A stretch of 9,733 nucleotides of DNA from Candidatus Helarchaeota ASGARD archaeon Hel_GB_B (GTDB lineage Archaea; Asgardarchaeota; Lokiarchaeia; Helarchaeales; HEL-GB-B): positions 1 through 9,733 of the forward strand of contig SUPR01000115.1 in assembly GCA_005191425.1 (NCBI GenBank), read 5' to 3'. The position numbers and the translations under genes were made by a program. This document shows positions 4,752-9,733 of this stretch, one piece after another; the stretch's first letter is position 1; each line of letters begins with the position of its first letter. The notes under the pieces are model-generated. The model saw only the letters and a program-made list of their open reading frames with translations, searched no databases and was not told the DNA's origin.

Positions 4752-7667
4752 GTGGACAAGTCTGTTAAAGAATTTCCCCTGATTTCAATTAAAAATAGTC
4801 TATTTATTTTGAAACCAAGTAATATTGAATTAAAACATATTATTGATGAATTGAGCGAAAATAATGTAAATAACAGCATTAATAAAATATTAAATGAATT
4901 TCAAAATAAAATTCTTTATAACGGAAAATTCTGGGAATTAGAATACGCAGGCAATCCTTATAAATTCATTGATAACATAAAATCATTCTATTTAAGTAAT
5001 CTTGAAGAAAAGTTCAATTCTATTAATCAATTAATTGCTTTTTTTTCGTCTAATTTGAAGAACATCGAGTTAATGTCTCTTCATAAATTAGGGTTTGTTA
5101 TAATTGACCATATTTTATATATAATTAAAAAAATAATTGATATAAATAAATTGGGCAAAAATAAAATTTTATTGGACGAACCTACTTCTTTTGTAGGAGT
5201 AGAAATTCTTGGAAAAAATAAATTGGGTGATTTAGTATTTCTTGACTCTAAAAACCAATTTAAACCCATTTTTTCTATTAGCTCTTCGAATTTACAATGC
5301 TCTGAAAATGATGATAATATTGATTTTATCATTAGAATTAATAATAGATTAGAAAATGCTACAAAAATTCTAAAAATACTTAGTGAAAAAAATTTCGAGT
5401 CCATTGAAAATAAAATTCTCTATATTGAATCTTGTCTACAGAAAATTGAAAAAAATCCCTCCATGATCACAATTAAAAAAATATTAATACTCGAAGAAGC
5501 ATACGATTTAGCTTATGATACTAAATATTATGATATTATCTATAAAGAACTTCTTAATAATTATTCTTTATTTATTAAAGAGCTACTATCATTAGGTGAA
5601 ATATCCAGATTTTCTCAATTTATTAATAAAATAACAACAAAATATGCTAATACAGTTATGGAACCAATTGTTGATATTGTTATTGAATTTGTAGACTCTA
5701 TTCGTGATATAAATACTGGAATAGATTTCTTAATTAAAATCTTCAATCTCGGTTCTAATACCCAAAAAGCCCTGATAAAAGAAACGATTGCTCAAAAATG
5801 TCATACCCTCCATTCATATTTAATTTCGAAACTTGATTTTTCTAGTATTTCTAATTTGCAACTTAAAATTTCAGAATGTCTATCTTTATCTGAGCAACTA
5901 AATGTTTTATTTGACCTTGCTCATTTAATTTTATCCTCGAAGAAAAATATAAGTCTCGATAATTATATCAATTTACTTGAACTTTATTTAGAAATCGCAA
6001 ATAGTTATAATAATAAATTACCTGTTGATCTAGAACTAAAATTCTACGGGATATACTCTGAAATTAAAGATGAATTATATAATATTTATATTTTAAAAAT
6101 TAAATCTTTAATTGATTCAATAATAAATGATTTACAACTAGATTTTGAGCAAATGGACCAAATTATCCTAAAAGTTCATTCAAATTATACTGATTATTCA
6201 GAATTTGACCGGGTATTGGCGAGATATTTTTATAATACTCTTGAATACATTAAAAATTCTCCAAATATGATATATGATACTTTTATTAAAATCGGAAACT
6301 ATGGAATTGCTATCTGTAAAGGGATATACCGAAAAAAAATAGAATCCCTTATCAAGAGAGAAGTAATTTTCCAATCTTTTTATTCTGAAGGAGTTAAAAA
6401 TCTGAAATTGAAAAATTATGATGTTGCATTAGAAAATCTACGTAGTGCAGCGATAATAAAGCCTAAATATTTCAGAATCTGGTTTTTTATTGGACAGGTA
6501 TATTTCAATCTAAAACTTCATGATAAAGCTAAAAATGCCTTGAAATTGGCTTATAAATATGCTGAATTTGGGGATTATTTTGGGTTATATCAACTTAGTT
6601 TAGTCCTTGAAAATTTAAATGAATATAAATATTCTCTCAACATTATTTACAGGTTATTAAAATCAAATCGCAACGATCATGAGGTATATGACCTTTTAAC
6701 AAAAATAAGCTGGAAATTAAAAAATTATGCGTTAATGTTTTTTTCGATTCATTTAACTATTAAAAGTTTAATTCAAAATTATCAACAAAATCTTCTATTA
6801 TCCACCGATTTAGATACTTATTGGCAATATTCTTTTGGAATGATTAATGAATTTATTTCAAGTCAAATTTATGCTAATAATCGGACCAAAAGACCGACAA
6901 AAGGAATCAAAAAAATTATGGTCAATACTCTTCATAAAATTGGTTCGGAATTAATTATTGTTGAGGAATTTGATAAAATATTTGATGTATATAAAATATT
7001 GAAAAAATTTAAGTGTAAAATAAAAGGGAACTTATCGAATTATTTATTTAAGAAGTTTGAAAATCTTGGTGTTTCATTTCACAAAAGAAATCAATTTATA
7101 TCAGCTCTTAAATATTATAATGAACTCATATATCTTAACCCAAGTCATGTTAATTCATACATTAAGATAGGAATTTGCTATATTCATTTAGAAAAATACC
7201 GGGACGCTCTTATTATATTTAAATTTGCTAATAAGTTAGCCCCTAATAATATTCAAATTTTAAATAATCTTGCTATTTTATATTATAATAAAGGTTTATA
7301 TGAAAAATGTTATTCAATATTACAAAAAGTGCTGGAAATTGACCCTACATATTTCATTGTTTATTACAATTTATCATTAGTCTCAATTAAAAAGGGCGAT
7401 TTTAAAAATGCTATTATAGTATATCTTAAATATTTGCAATTACAATACAATGAGAATAAAAATGTAGATTTTATAATAGATTTACTTCAAAAATGTGTCC
7501 TTCAAAAACAATTTGATGAGGAATTATTTAACCAAATTTTAGAATTTTTCACATTTATTGATGATTATGATGGGGTTTATGATAAAAATAAGTTATTTAA
7601 TACATTAATAAATTCTAATATAGATTTGAAATTTAAGGTGCAATTAAAGAAATTAAAAGCATTGTAA
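4752..7667 (+). CDS. 971-aa protein: N-terminal paralogue of the E2-like protein (aa ~1-210), helical middle, two TPR clusters
   Basis: GTG start. TPR consensus repeats at aa ~544-660 (e.g. IWFFIGQVYFNLKLHDKAKNALKLA) and ~769-900 (e.g. ILNNLAILYYNKGLYEKCYSILQKVLEIDP). Manual alignment of aa 52-183 to aa 63-195 of ORF 1610-2374 gives 35 identities with three 1-residue gaps. Confidence 0.88.
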   Translation: MDKSVKEFPLISIKNSLFILKPSNIELKHIIDELSENNVNNSINKILNEFQNKILYNGKFWELEYAGNPYKFIDNIKSFYLSNLEEKFNSINQLIAFFSSNLKNIELMSLHKLGFVIIDHILYIIKKIIDINKLGKNKILLDEPTSFVGVEILGKNKLGDLVFLDSKNQFKPIFSISSSNLQCSENDDNIDFIIRINNRLENATKILKILSEKNFESIENKILYIESCLQKIEKNPSMITIKKILILEEAYDLAYDTKYYDIIYKELLNNYSLFIKELLSLGEISRFSQFINKITTKYANTVMEPIVDIVIEFVDSIRDINTGIDFLIKIFNLGSNTQKALIKETIAQKCHTLHSYLISKLDFSSISNLQLKISECLSLSEQLNVLFDLAHLILSSKKNISLDNYINLLELYLEIANSYNNKLPVDLELKFYGIYSEIKDELYNIYILKIKSLIDSIINDLQLDFEQMDQIILKVHSNYTDYSEFDRVLARYFYNTLEYIKNSPNMIYDTFIKIGNYGIAICKGIYRKKIESLIKREVIFQSFYSEGVKNLKLKNYDVALENLRSAAIIKPKYFRIWFFIGQVYFNLKLHDKAKNALKLAYKYAEFGDYFGLYQLSLVLENLNEYKYSLNIIYRLLKSNRNDHEVYDLLTKISWKLKNYALMFFSIHLTIKSLIQNYQQNLLLSTDLDTYWQYSFGMINEFISSQIYANNRTKRPTKGIKKIMVNTLHKIGSELIIVEEFDKIFDVYKILKKFKCKIKGNLSNYLFKKFENLGVSFHKRNQFISALKYYNELIYLNPSHVNSYIKIGICYIHLEKYRDALIIFKFANKLAPNNIQILNNLAILYYNKGLYEKCYSILQKVLEIDPTYFIVYYNLSLVSIKKGDFKNAIIVYLKYLQLQYNENKNVDFIIDLLQKCVLQKQFDEELFNQILEFFTFIDDYDGVYDKNKLFNTLINSNIDLKFKVQLKKLKAL

Positions 7668-7781
7668 ATTCATAGATAAGTTATTGTGATAAGATAATAT
7701 TATAATAAAATAACAAATTATTTAAGCAAACTCACATTTTAAAGCCAGCAAGAAATTAGGATTTCAATTGATACAGTTAAT

Positions 7782-9536
7782 TCAACTACCATTCATATCC
7801 AAATAATTTAAAGAAAATTCTCTTATTATTTTTTCAATTTCAGTTTTTGAGTTTATTATTTTATCAATAGTAGTGTAATTCTCGTCTTTATTATGTTTTA
7901 GTAGCAATATTCTATGGGTGCAATTTTTCAAGGCCTCTGCATTATGTGTAGCGATAATTATTGTGGTATTAAAGTCGGAATTAATTTTGACAAGAAAATT
8001 TGTAATTTTTCGGGTGATAATTGGTTCTAAATCTCCAAATGGTTCATCTAACAATAATATTTCCGGCTTAGACAATAATTGAAGTATTAATGCAATTCTG
8101 ACTTTCTCACCCCAAGATAGCTCTTTTGTTCTGCGTTCTAATATATCAATTTCTAGTTCAAACTCATTAAAGAGAGGTGTTATTATTTTTTCATAAGCTT
8201 CAAAAGAAGGTATTGGAAACAAATCTCTAATTAATCGGTGATCGAGCCCCAATTTTTCTAATTTAGCATTCACTTCGTATAATGGTAAATCACCCAATCT
8301 AGACATAATATCAACAATGTTTTCTTTAATTCCAAGTTTTTTTGCTTTTTTAATCGCATTATGTATTGCAGTTTCTCCTTTTAAACCCATTTTACTCAGA
8401 ATCAAATCTTTTACATTAGCATAATATTCTAAATCAAGTTCTTGATGCATCAAATTTATTTTATTTCTGACCTTCATAGCTATTTGGCTTAAATTATAAA
8501 TATTGACTAATTTATCTGAATGATAAAAGATTTTTCCATGTTTAATCATTTCTACTCCCGCAAGGATTCTTAACAACACAGTTTTTCCAATCCCAGAACG
8601 CCCTAAAATCCCTAAAATTTCTCCTTTGAATATTTCCAATTTGGGGATCTTAAGCGAGAAAATCTTTTTTATTTTTGGAGAATAATAGGTGTGATCAAGG
8701 TCTTCAATTGACATAATAACTTTTTTCTTAGAAAATGATGGTAATTTGATTGAAGGTATAAGGACTTGCGAAATTTTATTACTAAATCCTTCAGGTTTCA
8801 CAATATCTTTAATAATGCCATGTTCTAAAATTGCAATTCTATCACAAATAGATTCAAGGATAATTGGGATATGTGAAGTAATTATAACAGTAATTTCGTT
8901 TTCTTTTGCTATTTTTTTAATATATTTAATTGAAATATTCTTTAATTCTGTATCTGACATTGTTAATGGTTCGTCTAAAAGCAAGAGTTGGAGATTATGC
9001 CCTACAAGAGCTAATTGGCGTGCTAATACTAGCCGTTGTTTTTCACCGCCACTTAATATTCCTGAAAACCATTCGGCTTTTTGGTCCAATCCTACAATTT
9101 TTAGAAGATAGAGTGCCTTCTTTTTCATTTTATTGTATTCATCACTTTCCAAATCGGGCAGGTCAACAAGTTCAGACCCATAGGTAATAACATTTAATCT
9201 TCTCATAACATTATGCAATACCGAATCTGCCCATAACCCAAAATTCCGCTGTAAATGGATTGAAGAAATTGTCTTTAATTTATGGACATCTAATTTATTA
9301 GTTTTACCACCTGAAAAAAGGTTGATCCCGTTGATCCTTACTGTTCCTTCATTAAAGTTCTCTACACCACGTAGAATGCGTACTAATGTAGTCTTCCCAG
9401 CCCCCGACTTTCCGAATAGCCCAAAAAATTCCCCTTTTGCTATTTTTAAATTGATATTCTTTAAAGCAGTAATTATTTTTCCATTAGATAATTTATATTT
9501 TTTAGTTAAATTGCTAATCTCGATGAAATATTCCAT
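7782..9536 (-). CDS. Tandem (double) ABC-family ATPase resembling methyl-coenzyme M reductase system component A2 (AtwA), 584 aa
   Basis: Two NBDs. NBD1: GKSGAGKT, LSGGEKQR, LLLLDE, TSH. NBD2: GRSGIGKT, LSWGEKVR, LLLDE, ATH. IHLQRNFGLW, KQRLVLARQLA and MHQELDL resemble AtwA LQRTFALY, KQRVVLARQLA and LHQEYDL (recalled from memory). No TM segments and no permease gene in the window. Confidence 0.8.
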   Translation of the reverse strand: MEYFIEISNLTKKYKLSNGKIITALKNINLKIAKGEFFGLFGKSGAGKTTLVRILRGVENFNEGTVRINGINLFSGGKTNKLDVHKLKTISSIHLQRNFGLWADSVLHNVMRRLNVITYGSELVDLPDLESDEYNKMKKKALYLLKIVGLDQKAEWFSGILSGGEKQRLVLARQLALVGHNLQLLLLDEPLTMSDTELKNISIKYIKKIAKENEITVIITSHIPIILESICDRIAILEHGIIKDIVKPEGFSNKISQVLIPSIKLPSFSKKKVIMSIEDLDHTYYSPKIKKIFSLKIPKLEIFKGEILGILGRSGIGKTVLLRILAGVEMIKHGKIFYHSDKLVNIYNLSQIAMKVRNKINLMHQELDLEYYANVKDLILSKMGLKGETAIHNAIKKAKKLGIKENIVDIMSRLGDLPLYEVNAKLEKLGLDHRLIRDLFPIPSFEAYEKIITPLFNEFELEIDILERRTKELSWGEKVRIALILQLLSKPEILLLDEPFGDLEPIITRKITNFLVKINSDFNTTIIIATHNAEALKNCTHRILLLKHNKDENYTTIDKIINSKTEIEKIIREFSLNYLDMNGS

Positions 9537-9558
9537 ATTTAATTGAAATTTACTAAAT

Positions 9559-9567
9559 TATTTAAAA
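9559..9567 (-). promoter_or_regulatory. Putative TATA box for a leaderless AtwA-like transcript
   Basis: TTTTAAATA on the minus strand ends 22 nt before ATG 9536, and there is no SD motif upstream. This geometry fits archaeal leaderless mRNAs, but the background is AT-rich. Confidence 0.35.
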
Positions 9568-9733
9568 TTAATGAGTAAGATTATTTTTTTTTGTTAATTA
9601 TTCATTTTTCTGAATAATATCAATTTAATTGTATTCTGTTTTAGTAATTCACCTAAAATTTAAAATCATATAGTGGGTTTTAAAAAGAATATTTATACTA
9701 TTATATTCGCTCAAAAAAAAAATTCTACATGTA

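Larger units (their letters stand above)
1271..7667 (+). other. Six-gene putative operon: Ubl - E2-like - JAMM - E1 - unknown - (E2-paralogue+TPR)
   Basis: All genes are on the + strand with gaps of 27, 17, 28, 24 and 19 nt. RBS-like motifs precede several genes (GAGTGAG 1596-1602, GGGGT 3375-3379). The products are functionally coherent. Confidence 0.85.

Noticed and set aside
5081-5404. 107-aa minus-strand ORF
   Set aside because: Antisense to the E2-paralogue domain of the TPR gene.
7668-7781. Terminator between the convergent TPR and ATPase genes
   Set aside because: No stable hairpin or long oligo-T tract is visible on either strand.
8746-9546. Three + strand ORFs (8746-9111, 8930-9187, 9322-9546)
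   Set aside because: Antisense shadows of the ABC ATPase motifs.
1-9733. Mobile element, CRISPR array, tRNA or rRNA
   Set aside because: No integrase/transposase, terminal repeats, repeat-spacer arrays or GC-rich structured RNA segments were seen.

Overview
Very AT-rich, standard-code prokaryotic DNA, probably archaeal. GTGAG/GGGGT-type RBSs, TATA-like boxes, an AtwA-like ATPase and a large TPR protein would fit an Asgard/Lokiarchaeia-like host, but that is inference only. The core is a tightly spaced, co-oriented six-gene cluster (1271-7667) that looks like a complete ubiquitin-like conjugation system: (1) a Ubl ending RGG-N, (2) a divergent E2-like protein (HPFV...ICLG, SPAN), (3) a JAMM/MPN+ protease, (4) a ThiF/MoeB-type E1 with a C-terminal tail, (5) a 143-aa unknown protein, and (6) a 971-aa TPR protein. 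By manual alignment, the N-terminal ~200 aa of the TPR protein is a paralogue of the E2-like protein and keeps the putative catalytic Cys. No RING/U-box E3 is visible. The cluster is flanked by a divergent, window-truncated C_GCAxxG_C_C-family gene across an ~890-nt non-coding gap with short direct repeats, and by a convergent AtwA-like double ABC ATPase. I saw no RNA genes, CRISPR arrays or mobile-element genes. All alignments were done by eye; no database searches were run.
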